Below are positions 52,514 to 63,613 of a stretch of 64,000 nt of DNA, in pieces. The position numbers and the translations under genes are program-made. The notes beneath the pieces are model-generated. The model saw only the letters and a program-made list of their open reading frames with translations, made no database searches and had not been told where the DNA came from. The stretch spans positions 768,001 to 832,000 of the forward strand of contig CAVQMO010000010.1 in assembly GCA_963713605.1 (NCBI GenBank). Reading direction: 5' to 3'. Numbering within the stretch: position 1 is the stretch's first letter; each line of letters begins with the position of its first letter. This DNA is from an uncultured Nitrososphaerales archaeon (lineage in GTDB: Archaea; Thermoproteota; Nitrososphaeria; Nitrososphaerales; Nitrososphaeraceae).

Positions 52514-53470
52514 TCAAAGTTCCTTGATTGTCTCCTGGATAGAAATACGGTCAGTCGCTCCTGGCATATAGTGCAAGTATTTTTCCAAGTCCTCCTTGAC
52601 CGAACCCTTACCCGATTTTAACCTTGCAAGTGCTCGATTCTTGTATATTGGACCAAACCTTACAGGATTTATATCAATTGCCATAGAATACCACTCATCG
52701 GCAACATCAAACTCCTCATTTTTTAAGTAGTAGTTTCCCAACCCGCGGTATGCTAGATAGTATCGTTTGTTCAGTTGTATAGCTTTCTTATAGCACTTGA
52801 TAGCTGATTCAGATTTTTGATCGCTATATACTGATCCGAGGGCATACCAGGCTAGAGGATTATCTTTGTCTACGTCTACGGCTCTGGTCAGCTCCTCCAC
52901 GGCTTTGGCAATATCCCCTTTCAATCTTAACCTTTCTGCAACAAGGCAGCTACGGTTAGAGTTTTGAAACTTGAAATCCCTATCTGATACTATTTCCGAC
53001 ATATCTGATGGTATCAAAATAATCGAAGTCGTATCATCTTCCTCCCACTCTTGTCCAAATCTTTTTTCAGGAACAGCACCCTGTTTGTCCTGCTCCGGTA
53101 CATACGTCAAAATTCTCCTCTCCTGCGGCTCGTACCCACACACTATCGTGGCATGCTGAACCAAGTCGTGGATCCCAGGGAGAATGGTTATTACTGGTAT
53201 ACCTTCATCGATTGTCTTTTTGATGTCCTTCATGTTGCTTTTGTACATCACTGATCGAAAGCCATTCCTTTCTGCGATTTCTATTCCTTCAATTAATACC
53301 GATCCCCTGACACCCTTGTATAGTTCTTTGACCGCATCAGTAATGAGAGAAGAGAGATCTTCTCCCCAGTATAATGCCAGGACGTTTATCACTAAAGGCA
53401 ATTGTGGTGTGTCTAAGCTTGGGTCTACAATTGGCAAAGTTAGGCTATGTTCTTCAGATCTAGGATACAC
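52514..53470 (-). CDS. C39-peptidase-like domain plus TPR repeats
   Basis: 'IKKTIDEGIPVI...HATIVCGY' (C39_2-like) followed by about four TPR motifs. Confidence 0.75.
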   Translation of the reverse strand: MYPRSEEHSLTLPIVDPSLDTPQLPLVINVLALYWGEDLSSLITDAVKELYKGVRGSVLIEGIEIAERNGFRSVMYKSNMKDIKKTIDEGIPVITILPGIHDLVQHATIVCGYEPQERRILTYVPEQDKQGAVPEKRFGQEWEEDDTTSIILIPSDMSEIVSDRDFKFQNSNRSCLVAERLRLKGDIAKAVEELTRAVDVDKDNPLAWYALGSVYSDQKSESAIKCYKKAIQLNKRYYLAYRGLGNYYLKNEEFDVADEWYSMAIDINPVRFGPIYKNRALARLKSGKGSVKEDLEKYLHYMPGATDRISIQETIKEL

Positions 53471-53514
53471 ATTGATGCATAACTTTCTTAGGAAATAAAA
53501 ATCATATAGTTGCC

Positions 53515-54143
53515 TTACCTCACGGCCATGAAATTGGCCAAGATACTTCTTCCATCCGCGCCACTAACTTCTGGATGAAATTGGGTTCCAAAAATCGGTT
53601 TTTCTCTATGTAGGAGGATCTCATTTGTGCATGTCTGGGATTCTCCAACAGAGTCAAAACAGGAAGGGAGCTTTGAAACACAAAATTTATGGCTTTTGAA
53701 CACCATTAACCTTTGCTTGCCAGAAACGAGAACATTATCGCTCTTGACGGTCACGTGATCAAAATCTTTTATTGGCTTTTCGAGTCTTCTTAGCGATCCG
53801 CCCAAGGTTAATGCAATTATCTGACATCCGTAACATATTCCCAAAATTGGTATATTCCTAGTATAACAATACTTGACTATTGTAGAATTAGTCGCGTTAA
53901 TGTTTGAGCTGCCAGTCCTTCGTCCTGACAAAATGACCTTATTGAACCAAGGCAAGCTCTCAAATCCAAACTCCTCCAGCTTTATTTCTGAATAGCGCTT
54001 ATAGTCGAAAGAGTATCCTATGTCACTGACAATATCCATCAGGTGAGACGTAAACGGAGAGTTATTGTCAACTATAAGCACTTCAAATGATCTTTGAGAC
54101 ACACCCATCTGGTGTGTATCTGTAAAGGTAATATGTTCAGACA
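53515..54143 (-). CDS. Class I glutamine amidotransferase (GMP synthase A-like; start uncertain)
   Basis: 'VILSG', 'PILGICYGCQ' and 'FGTQFHPE' triad. Confidence 0.88.
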
Positions 54144-54157
54144 TCCAAGGTAATCCT

Positions 54158-55027
54158 CTAAGCGAAAGTAACTCGATTTCTAATTGTTCCCAGCCTTTCG
54201 ATAGTAATCTCGACAACATCGCCGTCCTTCAGATATCGAGGTTCCTTCATTGACATTGCCACGCCAGCCGGCGTACCAGTGGAAATAATGTCCCCTGCTT
54301 CGATAGTCATGACACTACTCAAGCTAGCAATAATCTTCTGAATGGAAAGGACCATATTAATGCTTGAAGAGTTCTGTCTCGTTTCTCCATTGACCTTTGT
54401 AACTATTGAAAGGTTCTGTGGATCCTGTACTTCGTCCTTCGTGGTAATCCAAGGGCCACAAGGTGCAAAGGTGTCCATACTCTTGCCTCGAGTGAATTGC
54501 TTGTCTTTGAACTGGATGTCTCTAGCCGAGACATCATGAAGAATCATGTATCCAAAGACAATATCCAATGATTTTTCTTCAGAAATCTTTCTTGCCTTCT
54601 TTCCTATTATCGCAGCTATTTCAGCTTCATAGTCAAGCCTAGTTACAAATGGCGGACAAATTATGTCCTTAAAGGGTGAGTTAAGAGTTGTTCGTGGCTT
54701 CATGAATATGACCGGTTCGTCAGAGGGGGTAAGGCCGGCGTCTCTTGCATGGTCATAGTAGTTAAAGGCCAAGCACAATATCTTTGGAGGATTTGGAATA
54801 GGTGCTAGCAAATCGAGATCTTTTACATAATGTGAATAGGTAAGTTTATTACAATTTCCCCTGACTTCGTCCAACCAACCGTTGAACATGAATTCTTTAA
54901 TCGATATGGGTATAGGAATTCCAGTCTGTTCTTGAATCTCATTCCTGGTCACAAGTTTCTTTTCATCACTTGAGATTAACGCATATGTCTCGGTATTATT
55001 GGAATCTTTTACTCTGGCTATCTTCAT
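54158..55027 (-). CDS. Fumarylacetoacetate hydrolase family protein
   Basis: 'KILCLAFNY..H', 'DYEAE', 'DVSARD', 'GKSMDTF' and 'STGTPAGV'. Confidence 0.93.
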   Translation of the reverse strand: MKIARVKDSNNTETYALISSDEKKLVTRNEIQEQTGIPIPISIKEFMFNGWLDEVRGNCNKLTYSHYVKDLDLLAPIPNPPKILCLAFNYYDHARDAGLTPSDEPVIFMKPRTTLNSPFKDIICPPFVTRLDYEAEIAAIIGKKARKISEEKSLDIVFGYMILHDVSARDIQFKDKQFTRGKSMDTFAPCGPWITTKDEVQDPQNLSIVTKVNGETRQNSSSINMVLSIQKIIASLSSVMTIEAGDIISTGTPAGVAMSMKEPRYLKDGDVVEITIERLGTIRNRVTFA

Positions 55028-55044
55028 TTCATTTCAAATTATTG

Positions 55045-56781
55045 TTAATCGTGCGTATATATTGCTACTCCATTAGTTTGCAATCTACAAAAGCCAAACC
55101 GGACAAACTGGATATTGCTACCCGCTCGTACCTTTGACACATATGATTCTGCAATTCCAGTATACGTGTGAAGACTATCTTTGTTAAATTCACCGTTAAT
55201 AAAGAGCTTATCCGGGACTATAACAGTGAAGGGTACCATATCATCATTGGAAACCCATTGAACTTTCGGTATATTTGCCTTTATCCCTTGCCCAGTATTG
55301 AACACACGCAAATATTCAGCAGTTTCTCCTTGTACTACCTCATCGAGCAGAATATTGTGCATTTCCATTAGTCTGATTTCCTGCCCCCCCTTCAATCGGT
55401 CAGCATCCGCTTTATCTATGTAAATACGATCCGAGGTCTGGACATTCCTAGTCCCCAATTGAGCTGTAGGGTGATTCTTTAATTCAACCTTACTCACAAT
55501 TGGGTTGACAATTCTAATTTCAACTGGATGTTTAACAAAGAAGAGCCGTAGCGCTATCAGGTCAAGTAACTTTCTGTTATATGATTCAAGTGACTCAAAT
55601 GGAGGTTTGGTATCGGCGAGTGAGATACCTAGAGAGAGGACAAATTTGTGGATTGCCTCTGGTAGTACTCCTCTTCTTCTGAGTGCCACTAAGGTCGGGA
55701 GCCTAGGATCATCCCAGCCAGAGACTAGGCCTCCTTCGATAAGAGGCTTCAGTTTTCTTTTAGAAACTGGCATCCCTTCAAATTCCAGACGTGAAAACTC
55801 GAGCATCAAAGGCATGCGAAGTCCCAATGAGCTAAGTACCGAGAAATATAGCGCGTTTCTTAGCTGGTACTCCTTAGTTCGCATTGCATGTGTGACACCG
55901 TCAAGACTATCCTCAATTGGCGCAGCAAAGTCATATGTCGGAAATGCCCTTATCCTTCTGCCGAGCTTCGGGTGATCAGCATCAATTATCCGGAATAATG
56001 TAGGGTCCCGCATCGCGGTATTCAGATCGGACATCTCTCCTCTAAACCTTATTATAGCTTCATTCTGCTCATACGAGCCATCGAAAAATTTCTCCAAGCG
56101 AGTCATGCGATCGTTGCTGTCCAAACTCTTACAGAGACAGTTTACACCTTTTGCCCTCATAGAATGAATTTCGTCTGGTCTACAAGTGCAGACGTAAGCA
56201 TCGCCTTTCGTAACTATTTTTCTTCCGTACGACTGGAGAAGTTCAATATCGTCAGATGTATTCTTCACGAGGTCAGGATTTATACCCAGCCATTCCAGTC
56301 CCTCCTTGATAGCGTCGTAGAATTCCAGTTGTTCATTAAGTGGATTGGTGTCATCAAATCTGAGAATTAGCTTACCTTCGTACATCCTTGCGTATTCTTG
56401 GTCAATAATTGCAGCTTTAGCGTGTCCTATATGAGGATAGCCATTGGGTTCCGGAGGGAACCTTGTCACGACTCTTCCCATGCTGGCCCCTTGAAGTGAG
56501 GGTAGGTTTGGCTCCTCCTTGCGTTTAGGACCCTTATTGACATTCTCGAATACCATAAGCTTCGATGCGATTCTCTCCTGATCGGCCTGATCAAGAGAAT
56601 TAACTTCATCTACTATTTTTTTAATAAGAGGAATTTGTTCCTTTATTGTAGGGCGCAAATCGGGTCTCAAACCAATAACCTTTGAGATCACAACGTCATA
56701 TCTTGCACTTCCACCAAATTCTATCGCATTTCTTAATACTATTTTTTTGATTACTTGTTGAATTGTATCATCTATAGTCAT
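55045..56781 (-). CDS. gltX: Glutamate--tRNA ligase (archaeal)
   Basis: 'RFPPEPNGYPHIGH', 'RFDDTNP', 'VSKRK', 'GWDDPRLPT' and 'QFVRFGF'. Confidence 0.97.
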   Translation of the reverse strand: MTIDDTIQQVIKKIVLRNAIEFGGSARYDVVISKVIGLRPDLRPTIKEQIPLIKKIVDEVNSLDQADQERIASKLMVFENVNKGPKRKEEPNLPSLQGASMGRVVTRFPPEPNGYPHIGHAKAAIIDQEYARMYEGKLILRFDDTNPLNEQLEFYDAIKEGLEWLGINPDLVKNTSDDIELLQSYGRKIVTKGDAYVCTCRPDEIHSMRAKGVNCLCKSLDSNDRMTRLEKFFDGSYEQNEAIIRFRGEMSDLNTAMRDPTLFRIIDADHPKLGRRIRAFPTYDFAAPIEDSLDGVTHAMRTKEYQLRNALYFSVLSSLGLRMPLMLEFSRLEFEGMPVSKRKLKPLIEGGLVSGWDDPRLPTLVALRRRGVLPEAIHKFVLSLGISLADTKPPFESLESYNRKLLDLIALRLFFVKHPVEIRIVNPIVSKVELKNHPTAQLGTRNVQTSDRIYIDKADADRLKGGQEIRLMEMHNILLDEVVQGETAEYLRVFNTGQGIKANIPKVQWVSNDDMVPFTVIVPDKLFINGEFNKDSLHTYTGIAESYVSKVRAGSNIQFVRFGFCRLQTNGVAIYTHD

Positions 56782-56790
56782 CTTGAGAGT

Positions 56791-57798
56791 CTAGACCGTC
56801 CTCTCAACAATGAAATGAGCAGAAGCAATCATCTTTCTCTTTGCTATGCTATCATCATAACGAGAGATCAATTCCAAAGCTTTTTGGATATGTTGTCTAG
56901 CATTATCCCTCACCGTTTCCTCAATACCTAATGAAGAAATTGTTTTCACTGCCTCCTCTATCTCTATTTTAGAGGCATTCCTGGAACCAAAGACCCTCAA
57001 GATCTTTTCCCTGTTGTCGCTGTTACTAATTTGTAGCGCCAGGAGAATTGGTAAAGTTTTTTTGCCTTCCCGTAGATCGTTTCCAACAGATTTGCCGGTC
57101 AATTTTGCATCGCCTATAACTCCTATAAGATCGTCAATGAGTTGAAATGCGATTCCCACATTTTCTCCAAACTGGGCTAGGGCAAATGTATCTTTTTCTG
57201 TAGATGCTGGAGCAGAAAGTACACCCAGAGCACAAGACAACCCAAATAAAGCAGCAGTTTTCTTGGTTATCATCAAGATGTATTCTTGTTCATTTACAAG
57301 CTTATCTTCGAACGCCATTCCAAGGTCAAGAGCCTGTCCTTCGCATACGTAGACGCACGCATTCGAGAGCATGGAAACCATCTCACAAATTCTGCTATTA
57401 GAAATACCTAACTTGCCGCAATTTTCAACGATCATCTGATATGCCTTTGAAAATAGTACGTCGCCTGCGAGAATTGCTAGTGGTAATCCATATGACTTGT
57501 GAACGGTTGGAACGCTGTGTCTCACATCGTCATTATCCATTATGTCATCATGTACCAGGGAAAAATTGTGGATCATCTCAACTGAAGCTGCTGCTGGTAG
57601 AGCCATCATCTTTGATCCTCCAAACATCTCGCATGCCTTTACAACCATAAATGGCCTGAGTCTTTTGCCGCCACTGCTGATATAATGAGCCGACGCAGAG
57701 TAAAGTTCCGAAGGCGTGCCCTTTAATCTCCTCAGTATATATTCATTTATATCCGATGCAGTAGATTCCATTTCTTCATCGATTTCCGGGATATTCAA
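56791..57798 (-). CDS. idsA: Geranylgeranyl diphosphate synthase
   Basis: 'GGKRLRP', FARM 'HDDIMD', SARM 'FQLIDD' and 'GNDLREGKKT'. Confidence 0.93.
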   Translation of the reverse strand: MNIPEIDEEMESTASDINEYILRRLKGTPSELYSASAHYISSGGKRLRPFMVVKACEMFGGSKMMALPAAASVEMIHNFSLVHDDIMDNDDVRHSVPTVHKSYGLPLAILAGDVLFSKAYQMIVENCGKLGISNSRICEMVSMLSNACVYVCEGQALDLGMAFEDKLVNEQEYILMITKKTAALFGLSCALGVLSAPASTEKDTFALAQFGENVGIAFQLIDDLIGVIGDAKLTGKSVGNDLREGKKTLPILLALQISNSDNREKILRVFGSRNASKIEIEEAVKTISSLGIEETVRDNARQHIQKALELISRYDDSIAKRKMIASAHFIVERTV

Positions 57799-58890
57799 TA
57801 GTCATTCACCTCTGATCGCAATTCGCCCGTCAAGATACACTTGGCACTTTTGAGAGTGTTCATATCTCCAGCTCCTACCAGAAACATTGTGCTCTTTAGC
57901 TCAGCTATTACAGTGTCTGCGAATTGATACAAGGCCTCTTTTGATTGAACTGCATTTACGAGAAATGGATATGCCATAGCACACATGTCAGCTCCTATTG
58001 CTATGCACTTTGCAATCTCCAACCCATTGCGAATACCGCCCGAGGCTATTAAAGGCAATTTTGTCAGCGACCTCCTCACAACTATAATGCTCAATGCAGT
58101 AGGTATTCCCCAATCCCAGAATAGTTCGCCAAGCCGTGTTTTCAGGCTTTCGCTTGCGCTTTCAGCACGCACTTTCTCAACTCCAGCCCAACTGGTACCC
58201 CCTGCCCCGGCAACGTTTATCGCAGAAACACCCACTTCACTCAACTTTAGCGCTCGCCTCTCTAGATATTCCGGCTCCAACCTCTTTTGCCATTACCGGA
58301 ACACCTACAACTTTCACTAGGTCAGATATGCATCCAAGTACTCCAGAATATCTTGGTTCCCCTTCAGGTTGTACTAACTCTTGCAATGGATTAAGGTGAA
58401 CTACTAGTGCATCAGCACTAATCATTTCTATCAACTTTTTTACCTTGGCAACTGAAAGACCACTTGACAGTTGCGCGCCCCCTATGTTAGCTATGAGAAA
58501 AGCGTTTGGTGCGTTTTTTCTCGCTATAATGTAACTATCTGCAAGTTTCTCGCTTACCAAACCAGCTCTTTGAGATCCCACACCCATCGGAAGTGAGTAG
58601 GACTCGGCCAGCTCCGCAAGTCTGCCGTTTATCAGTAAGGCCTTTGCTGTTCCCCCTGTCATAGAATCGATGATAAGAGGAGCAGAAAACCGGCGTCCTA
58701 GGAATTTCGCAGACGTATCAATGTCGCTCAAATTTAGTTCAGGAATCGCATTATGTACTAATTTTACATACTCCAGATAAGTAGATGTTGATTTTGCCTG
58801 GACGTCACGGTTTAGGGGGATATCAATACCTTCCTGCTTCCTTTTCATTATATCAAGTGCTTCGTCCTTTAGCCTAACGGGATCTACCAT
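57795..58890 (-). CDS. fni: Type 2 isopentenyl-diphosphate isomerase (frameshift near 58250)
   Basis: 'SMTGG', 'GVGSQR', 'HLNPLQE', 'KEVG', 'AGAGGTSW', 'WGIPT' and 'SGGIR'. Confidence 0.95.
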
Positions 58891-58893
58891 TTC

Positions 58894-59670
58894 TTATCTC
58901 CTACCCTTACGCGGAATCGCTGGAATTATGGTCCCCTTTGCCTCAACACCCCTCAGAATATCAAAAACACGTTCTGCGTTCAGTCCGTTCACTATATTCA
59001 CATCGATGCCCAGTCTGGCAATTTCAAATGCCTCTGAAATTTTTCTGCCCATACCCCCAGTAACATCAATAGCGGAATCCATGATATTGATTTCATTAGT
59101 AGGAAAATTCAGTACCTTTACCAGCTTCTTATTTTTCATGTCTTCGTAAATACCATCTACATTCACGGTGAATATTACTCTTGATGGCATGAGGTGAGCA
59201 GCAATTTGTGTCATCAGAGTATCACCTGATACAATAGAGAATCTGCCCTCATTGATATGTATCACGTCGCCAAAAATGACTGGCACAATACCGCGCCGAG
59301 TAAATTCGACTAGCTCATTGAACTTGGCAACATTTACCTTTCCATCTGTAAATAGGGAGATTGGTGATATTCCATAAGGTGTAAGCCCTGCATCCAACAT
59401 CGATTTAACAACGATCTGATTCAGAGCCACCATTGATTCATGTATCACCGATATCCCACGAGAATCATACAATTCAGGCTTTGTATGGACGTTATATTTC
59501 ACTGACCAATAATGACCAAATGAACCTCCTCCGTGGACTATGATAAGTGAAACACCAAGTTTTGCAAGAACGCGGGAGAGCCCCTCAATCGCGTTGATAT
59601 TTGGGGTAAGCGCTCGATCTTTTACCGTGATCACTGAACCTCCGAGCTTTATAAGCAACACCTGAGTCAT
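58894..59670 (-). CDS. ipk: Isopentenyl phosphate kinase
   Basis: 'IKLGGSVIT.K', 'VHGGGSFGH', 'SGD' and 'DVTGGM'; located between mvk and fni. Confidence 0.92.
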   Translation of the reverse strand: MTQVLLIKLGGSVITVKDRALTPNINAIEGLSRVLAKLGVSLIIVHGGGSFGHYWSVKYNVHTKPELYDSRGISVIHESMVALNQIVVKSMLDAGLTPYGISPISLFTDGKVNVAKFNELVEFTRRGIVPVIFGDVIHINEGRFSIVSGDTLMTQIAAHLMPSRVIFTVNVDGIYEDMKNKKLVKVLNFPTNEINIMDSAIDVTGGMGRKISEAFEIARLGIDVNIVNGLNAERVFDILRGVEAKGTIIPAIPRKGRR

Positions 59671-59709
59671 AATCTAGAGTGGCATAATTTCCATTACTGA
59701 TTTAAAGCT

Positions 59710-60744
59710 TTAATCGATTATTAATCCCTTATTTTCTATATCGATTGCCTCCGAGGACAAATTCAAACCTTCTAATGCTGCGCCTATTGCCGGGATTGTC
59801 TCTGGTCTGGCTAGTACAAGGATGCAACCTCCTCCCCCGGCACCTGTAATTTTTGCTCCTAGTGACCCACACCTAGAACAAATACCGATAATCTTTTCAA
59901 TCTCCTTATTGGAAACACCAATCTCTCTTAGCAGCTTGTGATTCTCGGTCATTAGTCGACCAATTTCTTCCAAAGACCCTTTGGCGATTGCCCTTACCCC
60001 ACTCGAACAAATTGCAGATGCATCGTTTGTTAATTCGTTGAAGTACTTTGACCTGTTTCTACTAAATCTTCTCACGTGGGATACTAACTCCGAAGTTTCA
60101 TGACTTTTACGAGTGTTTATCAAAAAAAGTGGTATGGACCGATTCTCTATTGAGGTTGTTCCAGGAGTACCAGTTAAACCAGCAAAATGAACTAGACCGC
60201 CATAGGTTGAGACGTAGCAATCGACGCCCGATGATTTGTTATGGATCATTTGTTCACCATTGAGTGCGTTTTCAAATACCCATTTTCTGTCAATGGAAGA
60301 TATTTCTTTGCTGGAGGCGCCCGTAACAATCGATTTCAATATACCAGCCAACATTACGCAAGAAGCCGCTGAACTGCCAAGGCCCATGCCTACGGCTATT
60401 TCTGACTTGAGATGAATTTGCAGCCCAATTTCTGGCGCATACTCTTTGAGAATGTTTTGGCAGAAGGTGTTGAGTGGTTCAAGCACCTTTTTGTTGGCCT
60501 GTCTATTTATCTTAGTGGTATGCTGTCTGTTATATGGATAATGTTCTATTTGAAGATCCGAATCAATCCGTACCCCCAATTTCTCGGTGGATTCTGCTCT
60601 TCCGAAACAACGTCTATTAATGGCCGCCACGATAGCTTCGTTGTTGTAAACTACAAAATGCTCTCCAAAAATAATGACTTTGCCAGGAGCTGAGGCACCT
60701 ACTTGAGTTCGATAGCTGATATCCATACAAGAGAGTTCATACAA
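59710..60744 (-). CDS. mvk: Mevalonate kinase
   Basis: 'SAPGKVIIFGEHFVVY', 'GMGLGSSAA', 'SGVD' and 'KITGAGGGG'. Confidence 0.95.
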   Translation of the reverse strand: MYELSCMDISYRTQVGASAPGKVIIFGEHFVVYNNEAIVAAINRRCFGRAESTEKLGVRIDSDLQIEHYPYNRQHTTKINRQANKKVLEPLNTFCQNILKEYAPEIGLQIHLKSEIAVGMGLGSSAASCVMLAGILKSIVTGASSKEISSIDRKWVFENALNGEQMIHNKSSGVDCYVSTYGGLVHFAGLTGTPGTTSIENRSIPLFLINTRKSHETSELVSHVRRFSRNRSKYFNELTNDASAICSSGVRAIAKGSLEEIGRLMTENHKLLREIGVSNKEIEKIIGICSRCGSLGAKITGAGGGGCILVLARPETIPAIGAALEGLNLSSEAIDIENKGLIID

Positions 60745-61594
60745 ATAATATTGATGAGTATCCCACGACAGATGATTTGTCTCCCGTTACGTCTCCGCTT
60801 GTGGCATATCTAAGCAGCTCTCCTTGGGATGCTCCGAGATTTTTTGCTGCAATCATAATCGTCGCAATAGCGCCATATCCGCAAGCAGATACATTGTATT
60901 GTCTTAGAGTAGAATAGAACGCTCTGACATCAAGTGAAAGAATTGACTCGATAAGTTGCGAATCTTTTCGATGTGCTTCGGAATTTGATTCGTAATGTGT
61001 AAAATCAGATGATGCGATTAACATAAACTCTTCTCCCTTAGGGGCCCACTCTTTTATAGTCTCTGAGATGGCAGATCCAACTTCAAGGGCCACATATTCA
61101 TCTTGATTTGTCAAAATTATCGGAACAATTCTAAATTTCTCGGAAGTGTATAGCAAGAATGGAATCTGAACCTCCAGGCAGTGGTCTCTACTATGTGCAA
61201 ACTCATCAATATCCATCAACGTTGCTCTAGAAGCGATGTCTTTTGCCACCTGCGGATTTACCAGTACTTCGCCCATAGGAGATTCCCATATTCCATCCAT
61301 TGTGGTCGCCACGAAAGAGCCCAGCCCATAATGATTGGGACCGACCAGTATAACATTGTTAAATTTAGAGGATGAAATGCTGTAATAACCATTGGCAGCC
61401 ACGCTCCCAGAGTACAGATACCCAGCGTGAGGAGAAACTATTCCATAAATTTTTCTGACCAGGTCTGAAGGTGGCAGATGCCCCGGACCGAATGTATTAT
61501 TCGTAAAACACCCTTTCAATTCCGCGACTAGTTGCTCTTTCTCAGAAGAATAGAAGATACCCGAAACGGAGGGTTTTCTTCTATAAATGCTCAA
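60737..61594 (-). CDS. MEMO1 family protein
   Basis: 'R.P.V.G.FY', 'PHAGYLYSG', 'GPNH', 'EVQIPFL', 'SSDFTHY', 'CGYG' and 'VVGY'. Confidence 0.93.
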   Translation of the reverse strand: MSIYRRKPSVSGIFYSSEKEQLVAELKGCFTNNTFGPGHLPPSDLVRKIYGIVSPHAGYLYSGSVAANGYYSISSSKFNNVILVGPNHYGLGSFVATTMDGIWESPMGEVLVNPQVAKDIASRATLMDIDEFAHSRDHCLEVQIPFLLYTSEKFRIVPIILTNQDEYVALEVGSAISETIKEWAPKGEEFMLIASSDFTHYESNSEAHRKDSQLIESILSLDVRAFYSTLRQYNVSACGYGAIATIMIAAKNLGASQGELLRYATSGDVTGDKSSVVGYSSILFV

Positions 61595-62343
61595 CTATAT
61601 TCCTCGACCAATTTGGTTTCAAAGTCCTCAATGGGAATTTTCATTTCACTGTCGGTCTTGATGACTCCTTGTTTCTTCAGTACCTCTCTCGCAAGTAACC
61701 AGTACACTGTCGCTAGTGCCTTACGGCCCCTATTATTGGCAGGGATCACTAGATCAACCTTCGATGTCACATTGTCACTATTGCAAATGGCAATTACGGG
61801 GACTCCAGCTCTAGTTGCTTCCAGTACCGCCTGCTGATCTGCCTGAGGGTCGGTTACAATGACTACTTGTGGCTCCATGTACTTGGGCAGTGATGGATTA
61901 GTAAACGTTCCCGGCATAAATCTCCCTAGGATGTATTTTGCATGAGTCAGTTCGCAGAATTTTTCAACCGGGGTTTTCCCGTACTCTCTTGCAGAAGTAA
62001 CAGCAACCTTGGAAATATCTGCCCGGCTTATGAACTTGGCAGCGATATCAATGCGTGAGAGTGTCTTGCTAATATCGAGAATATAAAGGCCCTCAGGGTT
62101 CGCTCTAATTATAAAGGGCATCATATACTTTGTTTTCACAGGCGTCCCAACCCTAATACCTGTTGAAAGTATCATTTTTTCAAGGTTATCTTGTTCGGGA
62201 ACGTAACTTGCCTCTGAGGTTGAAGTGTCATCAGAAGCTGATGACTCAATATTCATGTCGGAATCCTTCAAAGATCCCGTACTTTCAGCAGAATTGGAAT
62301 CATCAGATAAGGTAAGGTTATTACTCTCATTATCGCTGGACAT
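61591..62343 (-). CDS. rps2: 30S ribosomal protein uS2
   Basis: 'GIRVGT', 'GRFMPGTFTN', 'TDPQAD' and 'IPANNRG'. Confidence 0.96.
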   Translation of the reverse strand: MSSDNESNNLTLSDDSNSAESTGSLKDSDMNIESSASDDTSTSEASYVPEQDNLEKMILSTGIRVGTPVKTKYMMPFIIRANPEGLYILDISKTLSRIDIAAKFISRADISKVAVTSAREYGKTPVEKFCELTHAKYILGRFMPGTFTNPSLPKYMEPQVVIVTDPQADQQAVLEATRAGVPVIAICNSDNVTSKVDLVIPANNRGRKALATVYWLLAREVLKKQGVIKTDSEMKIPIEDFETKLVEEYS

Positions 62344-63593
62344 TTTGGGTTGAGCAGATTTCAGCCATGCCTTCTATTAAACCATACTCTCTTATCCTTA
62401 CCAATTCATTTAACTTAGCTACTCTTTCACCGCCCAAAATTCCAGTTTTTATCATCTTGGAGCCAGTAGCTATCGATATGTGTGCAATATGTGAATCAGT
62501 AGATTCCCCTGATCTGTGAGAGGTAATAATTCCCATCCCCTCGTTTCGACAACCATTCGCAAACTGGAGCGCATCGTACAGTGATCCAGCCTGATTCACT
62601 TTAAGTATGGCCCCGGAACAGGCTCTATGCTTGGAAGCAATCGTCAACCTTGAAACATTAGTGACAAGCATGTCGTCACCGGTGACGAAACATCCAGGAT
62701 TAGCACTGGTAAGTATCGACATCCCAGAAAAATCCTCCTCATTTACCGGATCTTCGACGTATAAAAGTTTGTAACTTTTTATTAGATTATTAACATAGTC
62801 AATCTGTTCTTCAGAATTAAGGGCCTTCCCTTTTCTGCTATAATTATATTTTTTAGCCTTGTCATCCCAAATGGATGAACTAGCAAAGTCGATGCCCATT
62901 GCTACATGTTGACCCAGATTGAATCCGGCATTGCCAATGGCTTTTTCCGTTATTTGTAATGCCTGATCATTGGTTACGTTGGGTGCCCATGCTCCTTCAT
63001 CGCCTCTGCCATATGTAAATTTGGTATCGTATCTTTCGATAATATTTCTTAACTCTTTATGGATCTTGAAATTCATTTTCAGCGCCTCAACGATGTTACC
63101 AGCACCAATCGGGAGAACCAATACTTCTTGTATGTCGGGTGTCCCTGGTCCAGCATGCGCTCCCCCCCCTAGCACATTTCCTAGCGGAAAAGGAAACCTG
63201 TACGGGCCGTTTTTATTCAGCAATTTGAATAACGGTACTTGAGAGGCGTTAGCTGCTGAATCAACCGAGGCAATGCTTAGAGCATAAGCGACAGATCCCC
63301 CTAATTTTGAGTAATTGGGCGTTGGGTCAACTTCCTTCATAATGTTGTGTAATGCTTCTGGCTCATCTGCTATAACTCCCACAAATTTTGATTTGTTTTC
63401 CTCGAAAAACTTTATGGCGCGTTCAGGAGAATTCATAGGAAATGATCGACATTCAAACGTTCCTACACTCGCACCTGATGGAGCAGGCTGCTCTGCCTAA
63501 GTGCTTCCCATCAGTGACAACATCAATTTCAATGGTTTCGCTTCCGCGACTGTTAAAGATTATACGTGAATAAAGATCCGTTATTGTAGCCAT
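62330..63593 (-). CDS. eno: Enolase (frameshift near 63490)
   Basis: N-terminus 'MATITDLYSRIIFNSRG' from 63593, 'PSGASVG', 'GDEG', 'EDP', 'GDD', 'KVNQ.G', 'SHRSGE' and 'ER.AKLNE'. Confidence 0.95.
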
Positions 63594-63613
63594 TGAATTA
63601 TGAAGTTGTTTCG

